From Octopus vulgaris (Eukaryota), in contig OX597825.1 of the NCBI GenBank assembly GCA_951406725.2, positions 55,180,001 to 55,244,000 on the forward strand: a stretch of DNA of 64,000 nt, given 5' to 3'. Position numbers and translations under genes: made by a program. Under the pieces are notes generated by a model, which was given only the letters and a program-made list of their open reading frames with translations, had not been told where the DNA came from and searched no databases. Positions 50,126-63,149 of the stretch are shown here, piece by piece; the first letter of the stretch is position 1; each line of letters begins with the position of its first letter.

Positions 50126-50365
50126 TGCGTGTGTGTGTGTGTGTCTTTGTTTCTGTGTTTGTCACCCACCACTGCTTGACAATGGTGTTGGTGTTCACAT
50201 CCCTGTAACTTAGCGAATTGGCAAAAAGGACTGACTGACTATTTACCAGGTTTTACGAAAAAAAAAAAGTATTGGACTTGATTCATTCGAGTGAAAATTC
50301 TTCAAGGCAATACCCCAGTATGGCTGCATGGCTGCAGTCATATGACTGAAACAAGTAAAATACAG
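50125..50365 (+). mobile_element. SINE family A, 3' half
   Basis: gcttgacaatggtgttggtg...gcagtcatatgactgaaacaagtaaaa. Confidence 0.8.
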
Positions 50366-50805
50366 AAGAATAACTTGAAAAGAAGTAAGGGTTGGCAATA
50401 GTAATGACGTCTGGTTTTAGAAAATCCACCTCAACAAATTCCCCAACACAAGCAAGCATAGAAAGTGGATGTTTAACCCCAGTTGAGTTCCATTTGAATA
50501 GAATTATAGTCAAAAGAACTTCCAGTTCTGACTATGCCATGTATTTTCCAAACCTGATCAGTATATCTAGAACAATTTTATCCATTAAGTCCACACTCTC
50601 TTAGCACTTTTGTGCTTAGCCTGCTGAGAATTTTTCTGGTTCTGTGATACAAGATACTTTAAAACCTCTCAATTTAAAGTGCTCATATTTAATTAAAACA
50701 TTTAATTATATTTAATCAAAACTTTTAATTATATTTAATTAAAACCTTATATCATAAATTCATATACTCTCTATTCCAAATACTATTTTAAAATACCAAT
50801 ATATG

Positions 50806-50837
<32 letters not shown>

Positions 50838-50904
50838 TGTATGTATGTATGTATGTATGTATGTATGTATGTATATGTATGTCTTTTACATTCCAAACAC
50901 TATC

Positions 50905-51135
50905 TTAACCTTTTTAATATAACAACCCATGCAAGACTGCTATCAATCTATGATAGAAGCTTCCTGTCTTAAAGAGATCTAAATTAAAACTTTCTATTAA
51001 AATTTCATGCTAATTTATGTTCCAATCACCATTCTAATAATGACAAAAGACAAAGTTATTTTACAGAATTCTTTATTATTTGCAAAACTGAAACAAAGGC
51101 AATGTATTTCAAGAGAAATATGGTGATAAATGAGC
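50905..51135. mobile_element. piggyBac-like MITE (second family)
   Basis: Starts ttaacctttt; homologous to 61412-61627 (tttcatgttaatttatgttc; agaaatatggt). Partial copies near 50600 and 58830. Confidence 0.65.
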
Positions 51136-51255
51136 CAATATCCCAATAGACATTTATCTTATGCGAAGTTCTGTTCCCAACAACATTCTCAATACTTCAC
51201 TGTATATTTCCCTTTTATTATGTTCCAGACATCTTAACATAATACATGCCTATAT

Positions 51256-51340
51256 ATGGCGCCAATGATGAGGGACAGGGACTACTGGAGAGAACTCGTC
51301 CATGGATCTCGGGAATCTTACCTGCCCGAGATCGGTAGAT
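51256..51340 (+). mobile_element. Very short 5'-truncated RTE-like 3' end
   Basis: MMRDRDYWRELV (cf. the RTE terminal DR..WR motif); CpG-rich; followed by (TACA)n. Confidence 0.6.
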
Positions 51341-51393
51341 ACATACATACATATTTATATATACACACATACTTACACATATATATGTATATG

Positions 51394-51425
<32 letters not shown>

Positions 51426-51494
51426 CATAAATACACATATGTATATATATACACATACATACACATAGATACACACATACATAGAAATATATAA

Positions 51495-51556
<62 letters not shown>

Positions 51557-51567
51557 GTATGTATATT

Positions 51568-51725
51568 AATAGTAATGGTAAGACAAAAAAAGATTGAAAG
51601 AGACCTTGATATTATGTAAATAGAGGAATTTATCTGCCGGAGCAGGTTTCCGCCCCAACATCCGAAACTCGGAGTCTTATTATGGCAACCGAATAATTGT
51701 CACATATTATATTACAGACAGATAT
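51568..51725. mobile_element. (TA)n-embedded element with a half-hammerhead (GAAAC-tcgga-GTC)
   Basis: Shares segments with 54950-55128 in both orientations (atattatgtaaatagaggaat; gaataattgtcacatattata). Confidence 0.7.
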
Positions 51726-51755
51726 ATATATATATATAAATTATTATTATATATA

Positions 51756-51789
<34 letters not shown>

Positions 51790-51790
51790 T

Positions 51791-52600
51791 AGGTAGTGAG
51801 CTGCCAGAATCGTTAGCACACCAGGTACAATGCTTAGTGAAATTTCGTCTGTCCTTATGTTGTGAATTTAAACTCTGCTGAGGTTGACATTGCCTTTCAT
51901 CCTTTTGGGGTCAATGAAATCAGTATCAGTTATACACTGGGGTTGATGTAATTGACTAGTCCCATTCTCCCAAATTTCAGGCATTGCACCTCTAGTAGAA
52001 AGGATTATCATTATTATTCTAAATAATAAGGTGGCAAGCTGGTAGAATTGTTAGCATGACAGACAAAATGCTTAGTGGCATTTCATCTGTCATAATATTC
52101 TGAGTTGACTTTACCTTTCATCTTTTTAAGGTCAATAAAATAAATACTAATTCAGGCATTGTAGAAAGGATTATTATTATCATCATCATTATTATCATTA
52201 TTATTATATCAAGGCACTGAGCTGGTAGAATCGTCAGCATGCCAGGCGAAATGCTTATCGATCCTGAAAGGGATCAGTAGATTAAATACCAGTGAAACAC
52301 CGGGGTCAATGAAATTGACTCATCCCCTCCCCCAAAACTGCTGCCCTTGTGGCAAACTTTGAAACCATTATCATTATTATTATCACTATTAAAGCATTGA
52401 GTTGGCAGAGTCATTAGCCAACCAGAGAAAATACTTCATGGCATTCCTTCCTACTTCATATTCTGAGTTCAAATTCTCTGCCAAGGTTAACTTTACCTTT
52501 CATCCTTTTGGGGTAGATAAAATAAGTACCAGTGAGGTCAATGTAATTGGCTAGCCTCTTCCAACAAAATTTCAGGCCTTGTGCCTACAACAGAAAGGCT
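51791..52600 (+). mobile_element. Head-to-tail array of four SINE family B copies separated by (ATT)n
   Basis: Heads at ~51791, 52029, 52211, 52391. Confidence 0.88.
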
Positions 52601-54318
52601 TATTACAACAAGCAAAAGTGCTGCCCTCTGGGTGGTTTTCTAATACTTTTATCGATTCTGCCAGCCATCACTCTTACCATTTTGATTAAGAATTTCTATC
52701 ACTTATACAACTTTAGTGATAGTGCTGGAATACATTTTTCTATTGCCAACCCCAAAAGAATCTGAGATAAAGTAAACCCCAACAGAATTTGAACTGCAGG
52801 CCATTCTGTAATGTTAGAGGTGATGTTACAATAGACTTTAGTTTTGTCAACCCCAGAAGACTGTAAGACAAAACCTAATTCCAGCAGGACTTCTACACAG
52901 GACCATAAAAGAAATGTAAATAAAAGAGATGTATTACAAGCTATTTTGTTTGTCTTCATAGTAATACTTCCAGCCACCAGCCTGATAATACTGAAAGCTT
53001 CGATTAAACACCATTATTATATATCTTTAGAAGCCTCTGGAGTTTACTTCAATCTCTTTTTTTTCTATATAATTACCAGTCTGAAATCCAAACAATGAAA
53101 TTTCATTAAATACTATTTCTTCTATATATACCTCTGTAAACTCCTGTTGTTTATCAGAAACTCTGTTCCTTAAATTCCTTATTTTCAAGATAAAACTATC
53201 AACTTCAATTAATCAGGACATAAAATATCTTCGTAAAACCCTTGAGGATTTCAATCATTTTTGTCTGAAAACTTTGACATTTTTGGAGGGTTTTAAGATA
53301 TTATCTTGCCCAGATATATAAAACCATTCCTACATTCTTCAGTCACAGCTGTTTTCTAGTTGGTACCTTACATGCACACCCATTTACTCTCTATCTCTCC
53401 CTCACACACACACAAACTATCTGTCTCTCTACTATCTCATTCTGTCTTTCACATAGACACACTCCCTATTTTGCATCTTTCGCTTTTTTTCCATCTTAAA
53501 ACGAAAAAGGGATTCAGAGGAAACCAAGATAGATATATGTATGTGTGTGTGAGTGTGTGTAGATAGAGATAGAAACAGTAAGTGATAGAGACAGACAGAG
53601 AACAGAAGACAGAGAGAAATAGAGATGTTATTTCATTCTTACTTTCTCTATCACCTCCTCTTTCTCACACAACTCTCTTTTCTGCTTTCTATTTGTATAC
53701 CACTACTTCTTTATCCAACCTATCTCTCTATTGCCCTCTATATCAGTCTCCTTTGCTCCACTTTCGTTTTTATCTTTCTCCAAGACCCTCATCAGTCATC
53801 CATTAAATTAATCAAGAGATCTTGTTACTCTTAATGAAGCCTAACGATACCTTCTGTTGCCCCTCATGTGAAGACAACATTCCAGAGTGGCAGGGGTTTG
53901 CTATGCTAGATAAGACCATATCACGAACGTTCATTTAGTTTAGGGACCAACAGCAATGGGGTCTGATACATTTGCTTCACAAGAGGGGAGAATAAAGGAC
54001 TTCAAGATGGAGGGGTGGGAAGATGGGGGTGGAGCAAAGATAAAGATCAAATAAGGGTTACTGGTTGCATCATTTGTATTGTTGGATATGGGGGTGCTAC
54101 TTGGAGTGATGGTGGTTGGCACCACTATGGTGGCGATAACGAGGTTAGGAGTGGTAGTGGTGGAGGAAGCAGTGGTTGTCACAGTGGCATAACCATAGTA
54201 GTGGAAATGGTGATAGTAGTGGTGGTTGTAATCTAAGGATAGAATATTTCAATTTCATTGTTATCAGCATTTATGAAATGTTTGCTATCTTATACATATA
54301 TGTAAATACATGTGTATG

Positions 54319-54366
<48 letters not shown>

Positions 54367-54394
54367 TGGGTGTGTGTGTGTGTATGTGTGTATC

Positions 54395-54830
54395 TGCCTT
54401 CCATGCTAGCATGGTTAGGATATTTTGACAGGAGCTGGCCAGGCAGAAAGCTGCACCAAACTTCTCTGCTTATTTTGGTATGGTTTTACAGCTGGATGCC
54501 CTTTCTAGTACCAACCATCCAGCAGAGTGGACTGAGTGCTTTGTATGTCGCACCAGCACAGGCAGGGTCAGTTTTGATAGGGGTTTTACAGCTGGATACC
54601 CTTCCAAATACCAAGCACTTAACAGTGTGGATTGGATGCTTTTTATATGGCACCAGCACTGGCAGGGTCACCAAGTAACTTTCAAGACAAAGATCCTTTG
54701 AGAGGAGCAAGGGCCTTGGAGGAGATGATCTTGTATCAGATGATGAAAGGTTAGAGTGTGATAGACAGACAAAAACAGGTGTAGAGGAGGTACATGGTTA
54801 CCTGACCAGAGAGAGCAACAGGGATGCATA
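54395..54830 (-). mobile_element. RTE-tail retroposon with an internal tandem duplication
   Basis: Two copies of ggttttacagctggat..ccctt...caccagcac.ggcagggtca. Confidence 0.8.
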
Positions 54831-54883
54831 CATTCACATATGCATATAAATATACACACATACATAAAAAAGGGATATATGTA

Positions 54884-54939
<56 letters not shown>

Positions 54940-54949
54940 CATACACATA

Positions 54950-55123
54950 TGTAAATATAATATGTGACAATTATTCGGTAGCCATGATAAAACTTCGAGT
55001 TTCGGATGTCAGGGCGGTATCGTGGCTACTGAATAATTGTCACATATTATATTTACAGATAGATTCCTCTATTTACATAATATTGAGGTCTCCTTCACTC
55101 TTTTGTTGTCTTGCTATTTCTCT

Positions 55124-55128
<5 letters not shown>
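54950..55128. mobile_element. Hairpin-capped element in (TA)n with a 40-bp stem
   Basis: 54950-54989 pairs with 55018-55057 (two G:U-type mismatches); the loop holds the antisense half-hammerhead aacttcgagtttc. Confidence 0.8.
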
Positions 55129-55173
<45 letters not shown>

Positions 55174-55499
55174 GTATCAGATGTTGTTGTACAAGGTCAC
55201 AATGCACAATGTATTATTTTAGCCTTCAAATGTTGCCACATGGATGCAGGGAGAGAAAAATTGATGAAGCTTGGCAAGCAGGCCAATATTCCCCTCTGAC
55301 TGAATGGGAGATTGGAGCAACATGAAATAAAGTGCTTTGCTCAGAAAGGATTATTATTATTCATTCTGTTCATCATGTAACTCAACATTTATCATTATTT
55401 TATTTATTTTATTCAATTTCAGAAAAATTGAAACATGTTTTTAACAATTCCAGAGCATATTGAATTCATTTTGTGCATAACTTTTGGTCCATCCCATAA

Positions 55500-56241
55500 A
55501 TATATATACACACATAAATGTGTAATGGTGTCTGTCTGTCTGTGTGTTTGGGGTTACTCTAACTCCTCACACACCATGCAACTGATTTTAGTGATTTTTG
55601 GCACATAGGTACATCACATGCCCTGAAGTTCAAATAAGGCTGAAATTTTTTTGAAAACTTAATAATGCTCAGTTGGCATCGATTTTTGTGAGCTCAATAA
55701 AGCGTTTGAATGGAAATTCCCATAATGATGTTATTTTTCCTGCAGCTTTCGCATTTTTCATCCAATTTTGATGAAAATCCATGAGTGAGCAAGGCTCATG
55801 GCAGTGAGTTGATGTCAGTATATTGTTTTATAAAATCAATAGGCTTTTTGCATACAAATACCCACAGGGATTTTATTTTTGGCAGTAACTTTTATATCTT
55901 CATGTAAATGGTCACATGGATTCTATTTTATGACATAACCTTAACACTTTTGGGGGATTTTGTTGAGATTGGACATGCTGGTCAATTTTGTAGAGAGGGT
56001 GGCATTGAGAGGAGCGAAATAAACAAACATCACTCTCAACGGGTAGAGGTATACCCAAAAGTTTGACTGTGATTGTAGGAGTATGTTGAAAGTGTTAACC
56101 AAGTAAAATCCCTGCCGAACTAGATATAACATCTTAATGTTTAATAGCTGGCACGGGGAATGGAAAAGATTTTAATACAAGGTCAGAAGTGGGCATAACT
56201 TCAACATGGAAAACACGAGCAATGCCAAGTCCACAGCTAGT
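55500..56241 (+). mobile_element. Non-autonomous Helitron-like element
   Basis: 5' (TGTC)n after an AT-rich start; 3' acacgagcaatgccaagt (decayed subterminal hairpin) plus cagCTAG|T terminus. Confidence 0.7.
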
Positions 56242-56246
56242 ATGTG

Positions 56247-56298
<52 letters not shown>

Positions 56299-56603
56299 GC
56301 AGAAAAGGAAATAGAAAGTCCTTGGTACAGTATTATATATTTGAAAAAAATTAATAGAAATAGCTTTACTGATAATTTTTCCACTTCAATTATTGGATGT
56401 TTAGGCCATTTCTATTCCTTTTTTAAATACACACACACACACATCCATTTACATCCCATTCATCCATACATAAAGACTTTCGTACCACTCTCTCTGTCTG
56501 TTGTCATACCCTCTCCTTTCTCATCTACTATCTTTCATTCCTATCTTTGAGAAAATATGTGAGGCTTCTGTGTGGCACATATCTGACTGTGCAAGCGTTT
56601 GCC

Positions 56604-56635
<32 letters not shown>

Positions 56636-57687
56636 TGTCCGTGTGCATGAGTGTATATTTGTGTGAGTGCTTGCATGTGTGTGTATGTCTGTGTGAGTGC
56701 ACATGTGTGTGAGTGTGTGGTATTGTCTTTCTAATGAGGGCCACATGTTTCGAGTTCTAAATTTCAAGACTGTATGCCACCATAGTAGTAATATGTGTGT
56801 ATGTAAAAGCATGTGTAAGTGTGTATGTATGTGTGAAGTTGTGTGCATATATGTATGTAGCTGTTTGGTAGATGTGTGACATATATGGTTAAGTCAGTGT
56901 GTAGATACATGCGTGGGTATATGTGTCTGTGAATGTGTATGTATGTGTGTGTATATGAGGGTGTGCTTTGTTATTTCTTCATACAGGTGCACACAAGACA
57001 GTAAGAGAGAAACGAGAGAGGAAGAAAAGAGAAGGGTGAAAGAGAAGAGGAGGTGGATTTGGAGAGGAGGAGAGTGAAGGGAAGAGAGGAGGAGGAGTGA
57101 AAAGAGGAAGAGCAAGAGAGAAGAAGAGGGCTCTGTGGCTAATTTATCTAACAAACTCAACCTGAAGGAAAAACCTTCACTATATTCAAAACGGGGTCCA
57201 TTTGATATCAGAAAAGAGGGAGTAAATAGTAGTAGTAGTTACACAGACACACAGTGTGGTATACTTTACTGTTGTGTATCCTGGAGTGTTTTTATGAAGT
57301 AAACTTGATCTGCAAAATATAGCAGTGAAATAACCCTTAACAAACTCCCTTATTGTCATTAAAAGGAGATCAGAATGAACGAGTGAGAGATTTTCTTGTC
57401 ACTCAATGAAGCTGTTATTTAAAAGTTAATTCCCCATCAACTAACTCCCTGTGGTCATTAAAATAGGGATTACACGAGTCTTTGTAATTGTCCCAGTGTA
57501 GCCAGTTGATCTGTTTGAAGTAGTAAGGAAATATCTTACCAAAAAATTCCCTGCTGTTATCAAAATGAAAAACTGCCAAATCCAGGGAAGGAGCATTTTA
57601 TGTAGATGCCATGATAAATGATCAGTCAATCAAGCTGCTGGAAGTACCAGCCAAATTTACATTAAATCACACCCTCCCAAAGACATA

Positions 57688-57758
57688 GTGGAGAATGTAT
57701 TGGTTAAGAGTGTGGACTACTAACCCCAAGATTCTGGGTTCGATTCTAGGCAGGGACC

Positions 57759-57839
<81 letters not shown>

Positions 57840-58010
57840 TCATCAAAAAATACCTTAGGAATGAGAACCCATATTCGAAATTTCCCCAAGACACCTTGTG
57901 AAGGCTGGAGGGTATATCAGCCGAAACGTGTTAACAACAAAGACGAGGACAAATATCTGTCAAATGTAAATAATGTACATAATTCCTCATTTCTTAAATA
58001 TATAGAACTG
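57688..58010 (+). mobile_element. tRNA-headed SINE with internal (AAT)n and a hammerhead-like 3' module (copy 2)
   Basis: B-box GGTTCGATTC 57737-46; same body as 13687-14007; core reads acac-CTTGTGA-a-ggctg..cagcc-GAAAC-gtgt. Confidence 0.85.
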
Positions 58011-59807
58011 GAATGTTAGAGCTAACCTGGGACTAAAGAACGCAAATACATGTAAGTAAAATATAAATGACTATATAAGTAAACAAACAGTGAGTGAATA
58101 TAGAGGAAACAAACACAAATTGAGTGAGCATGATGTTAACTCATTCACTTCAGGTTAACTGAAGTGACTACAAGTAAACAAAAGAAGTGATCCTGAGTTA
58201 ACATAAAGAAATGAACATCAGGAAATATACTTTTTGAAGTTTTGTACACAATTGTTGTGGAATACATGGGAAATAAACATGGATAAAAAAAATAGGAACT
58301 ACGTGAACATTAACAAAGAGAAGTGTAAGTAAAGTGAACAAGTGCTGATCATGAATGAACGTAATTTGCAATGCATATTGGTGATCATAAATATTTTGTG
58401 AAATACATACATACACACTCACGCACACACATATATATAAATATATATGATCGTTTGTAGAAATACATAAATCCGGAGGAGAATTACACTTTTAGATGTA
58501 GAGCAGTTAATATCATACTGGGGTAGGCCAGTCTATGGGGTTTAAACGCCTTATGATCAAGAAACACAGGGTGACCCAATAAACCATTAAATTCAGCCAC
58601 AAAGCATTGACCAGTCCAGAGCTATCGTAGAAGACACTTGACTGAGATGGACACACTGGTATTGAATCCAAAATCATGTGGTTGTGGAAGGAAACTTTCC
58701 TTTCTTAACCACACTGTCATGCGTTGTGAATGGACATGAATTAAATAAACATAGCTGAATAGGCCATATGAGTAATGAAGAAAGAGGAGGAGGAATTAGT
58801 ATGGTTTAACTATTTCTAATACTCCACCTTTCACTAGCCTCTTTGCTTCAATGATACAAAACATCCCATTTTAAAAAGGCTGTATTTAATTAAAATTTTC
58901 CACAACAATTTCATGGAAGAATCTTTTGTTAAGTTCCATACAACAGTTTAAAAATAAAAGTTATTATTTTCCTGAATCCCTTCAAATTCTTGGTTATTTT
59001 AAAACTTAATTGAAACTTCACATATTTCATTCGAAATAAGATCAAGGAAAAGGTGAAGCTGCAGAAATATGAGGATCTCTGCAAACTTGACTCCAAGGAA
59101 ACATTCTTAAGATATTTTACATAACTGTACATGGCAACCTGGCATACAGTCACATGCTATGTCCATTGTAGTAAAGCTTTGGTGAATATTCATTCCACTC
59201 GCAAAGCATAATTAGTCACATTATTAACCTCATCAAATATTTTATCATTATTGTATTTAATTACTCAATGGTTTCTGCTTTATTTTATCTCTTTTTTTTT
59301 TAGTTTCTTGTGTGTGTGTGTGTGTGTGTATACATATATACATATATGTATGTACATATGTATGTATGTACATATATATTTATATACATATGTATAAATG
59401 TATCTTATTATTATTATTATTATTATTATTATTGGTAATACAAGAATTTCTGATCATCTTACAGTGCAACCTTAATTATATATTCTTGGAGATTAAAAAC
59501 TAAATAAAGACACAACAGCAACATGCCACATTTGTAGAATTGAACAATTGGAACACTGGGTAATTAAATATAATTATAATAAAAACACATGACAAGGTTA
59601 ATTGCTCTCACTAATTATTTCTTGCATAATCCCTCATCTTAAAATCATCAAATATGTACTAAACTCAATACAGAGTCCAATGTATATGACCTGATGACAA
59701 GGTGGGATCTCAGTGACCACAAAGGTGACACCTCACATCCCCAAACTCTGCATTTACTGGAATGCTGCTTATAGTGTCAGAACATATTAGACGAGACATT
59801 TGTCTTA

Positions 59808-60745
59808 CAGTGCTGGTCCAAAAACAGGTAATGTATTTTCTGGTATGCATGAATTTTCCAGACCAAGGTCTTTTGACTTAAATATCAAAATGACTTTGGA
59901 AAACTAAAAATTTCTGTAGCAATATTTGAGAAGATAGTGACATGCGCCAGAAAATGCTGAGCTCCCATAGATGGGTGGGTAGGTAGGTAAGTAGGGTGTT
60001 TGTGCTAAATTTGACGACTTTTATGCCCCCTTTTTACAGGAACAACTTGATGTATTAGGGAACAGTCAACAGGGCTGGAGAGCATAAATATTAAAGTAGT
60101 AGTAGAGAAAAGGTTATTTTACTTGGAGGACTGGAAGCCATCTGAATATTGGAAAAGAGTAACCTGTATGATGATGATTTGTGCTGGGTGTCAAAATGTT
60201 GACATCATGAATGCTGTCCAATACCCTGTGAACACTGTAAAGGTTGTAAGATGTAACAAAGGCAGCTGCAATGGAGACTATAAAGCCATGGCCATCGTGA
60301 AGGGACAGAGTATGTGTTCTGATTGCTGGAATTCATCCAACAACTGATGAACAGGAGCCCTAGGCTCAGTTTGAATGGCAGTGTGAAGCTGCTGAAGATT
60401 GTTGTCAAACCTTGGCAGCATAGAGTTGCTGCTGGAAGGCTATATGTGTGGTAACAGAATTCAGCTCATTGCTATACCTCCAGAAAGAGAAGTGGTTGCT
60501 GGAGAGTTTCCACCACTTTACCAGCATCAATTTCTGGCAACTGAACACCCCCAATTGGAATCTCATAGTTTACTGTGGTTATGAAGGACACCAGCCACCC
60601 TGCCTGTAAGACCAATGCTGAGATGTTGGCCAAGATCAAGAAAGTGTTCAAAGATTTTCCCAGGGACACAGTGAGGAATGCCTGCACCAGGTTCTAAAGC
60701 CTTCTTGGTGGCAGCTGACGGAGGGGGGGGATGCTTTGAATAAAC
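59808..60745 (+). pseudogene. Internally deleted Tc1/mariner relic, DD37D (maT)-like
   Basis: TA-CAGTG start; VVKPWQHRVAAGRLYVW*QNSAHCYTS, NFWQLNTPNWNLIVY (cf. WPPNSPD.NP.DY), VRNACTRF, GGCFE*. Confidence 0.75.
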
Positions 60746-60852
60746 TGTTATCTCACTGCCATAACACTGTGTAACCCAATTTTTGTCTTTGGGAAGGAAC
60801 TGTTGTTTCCTATTTGCTTATCCACAACAAAGTATGAAAAGTGGCTAATATT

Positions 60853-61048
60853 TCCTTCAAACTTTGCTTTTGTTACATTAATTCAAACCCCAAAGAATCC
60901 TTCTCAACACATGCTACAATGCACTCCCACTACTCCTGATCATGGTCAGAGATGCACATATTATCAGCCACCAAGGAACATGCCCAAGTGGTTAAGGTCA
61001 AGCAACTAACAAGCAAATTTGTGATACTGAGCAAAATATTTGTTATAA
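60853..61048 (-). mobile_element. Interspersed repeat family C fragment
   Basis: Reverse complement of 9393-9590. Confidence 0.8.
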
Positions 61049-61411
61049 GGATATTTCTGCTTCAGCAACTCAGTGCTGAATCTGTCTGAAATGTAATGGA
61101 AAATAGGTCAGTTTCAAAACATTGATGTCCAGGGGACAAAAGTGAAGTTTGAAAGGAACAGTTGTTATTTCCTTTGATTACTAGATAGAAGCAAATTGTA
61201 AATAACATTTACTAACCAAAGACAAAAAAAATATCAAATTTTTGTTGCACAGTGAACCTAGTCAATATTTTTTAATTCTTTAAATACTTTTATTTTTGGA
61301 TGGAATATTTTGTTTTCTTTCCTTTTAAGCAAATTGTCAAATTTAACCCAAACACCTTAGAAGCAGCTATGTTGGGAAGTGGGAAGGTAAACGTGTCAAG
61401 ACTGCTGTGGA

Positions 61412-61627
61412 GTTAAGCTTTTTGGTACATGCCTGGAACTGCCCCTAGTTCTATGATATAAAATCCTTTCTTTAAAATGATTTAAATTAAAATATCCAAT
61501 GAAGTTTCATGTTAATTTATGTTCTAAACATCAGCTTAAGTTATTTCATTAAATTCTTCATTATTCTAAAAATTAATTGAAATAAAGACCGTGAATTTCA
61601 TTAGAAATATGGTAATGAAAGGATTAA
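61412..61627. mobile_element. piggyBac-like MITE (second family)
   Basis: ttaagctttt...aaaggattaa, TTAA at both ends; homologous to 50905-51135. Confidence 0.65.
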
Positions 61628-62190
61628 GCAGGTGAACAGAGAAGTATTTATTGTTGTAGTTGTCAATGCTTTTTGTCGATATTACCATTTACAATTGCTT
61701 TTGTTGTTGTTTCAATATTATTTGTTGCTGTTGTTACTGTTTAGCCTGAGGCAGATCCTTATCAAATAGACGCACAGCAGACAGATAACTACTCATATAA
61801 AAGTTGTCAATGTGTATTGAGGAACAGAGCAGCAAAAGAGAATTTATGACTGGGTTGATCAAAAATTAAGTAATATAGTTATCTTTTAATACCCAAAAGG
61901 AAGCAAATACTCAAGAAATTTTAATTATTATTCCAGTAATTTATCTCAGAATTTACACATGTAATCAACAGTTAAAACAAACACAAATCATTCAGCAAAT
62001 GTCACACGCTCTCATTATATGTATACATATATGCATGCATGTAAATGCATGTGCATACGTATATTTGTATATGAATAAATACACTCACACATGTACATAC
62101 ACACAATAATATATATATATACACACACATGTAAATATACATTACACACACATATGTTTATATACATACACATATATGCACAATATATAC

Positions 62191-62237
<47 letters not shown>

Positions 62238-62324
62238 CATGTATATATACATTACACACACATATGTTTATATACATACACATATATGCACAATATATAC
62301 GTATATATATATATATACAGATAC

Positions 62325-62418
62325 AAGAGTGGCTATTTGGTAGTAGCTTGCTTGCCAATCACATGGTTCCGGGTTCAGTCCTTCTTGCCTTGGGCAAGTA
62401 TCTTCCACTATAACCTGT

Positions 62419-62491
<73 letters not shown>

Positions 62492-62822
62492 GTGTGTCTG
62501 TGCTTGTCCCCACAATATCTATTTCTTTACTACCCACAAGGGGCTAAACACAGAGAGGACAAACGGATTAAGTTGATTATATCGACCCCAGCGCGTAACT
62601 GTTACTAATTTTATCGACCCCGAAAGGATGAAAGGCAAAGTCGACCTTGGTGGAATTTGAACTCAGAATGTAGCGGCAGACAAAATACTGTTAAGCATTT
62701 CGCCCGGTGTGCTAACGTTTTTGCCAGTGCACCGCCTTGTTCACACAATATCGCTTGACAACCGATGCTGGCGTGTTTACATCCCCATAACTTAGCAGTT
62801 TGGCAAAAGAATCCGATAGAAG
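62325..62822 (+). mobile_element. SINE family A interrupted by a family B SINE
   Basis: Head gagtggctatttggtagtagcttgc..ggttccgggttcagtcc; resumes at gcttgacaaccgatgctgg. Confidence 0.85.
62520..62736 (-). mobile_element. SINE family B, nested, with a 16-bp TSD
   Basis: Reverse complement of the 40793 family; flanks ttgtccccacaatatc (62504-19) / ttgttcacacaatatc (62737-52). Confidence 0.92.
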
Positions 62823-63149
62823 CCCGCCTCTTACATAGATATATAAGTGTGAACAATTCTATGTACTATGCTGAATACATTGGTGTTCGTCTGGTATGTT
62901 GCTTTTGTTCATTTTTATGTGTCTTGATTATGCTTGCAATGAAGATTAAAAAGTGCATTATGCGCACTAATTATGAAATCCTATGATCTGCAGCTCAATC
63001 TGTTTTTAAAAGGCTTGCTTCGAGAGTTGCATTCCCATGCATTCGGTACAATGTGTTTGTTATGGTAGTTTTTGACTTTAAGGGTCCCTCCTAGCAAGAG
63101 GCATTTATGTATAGTAATGCCCATAATATAAATAAATATATTTAAAGGG

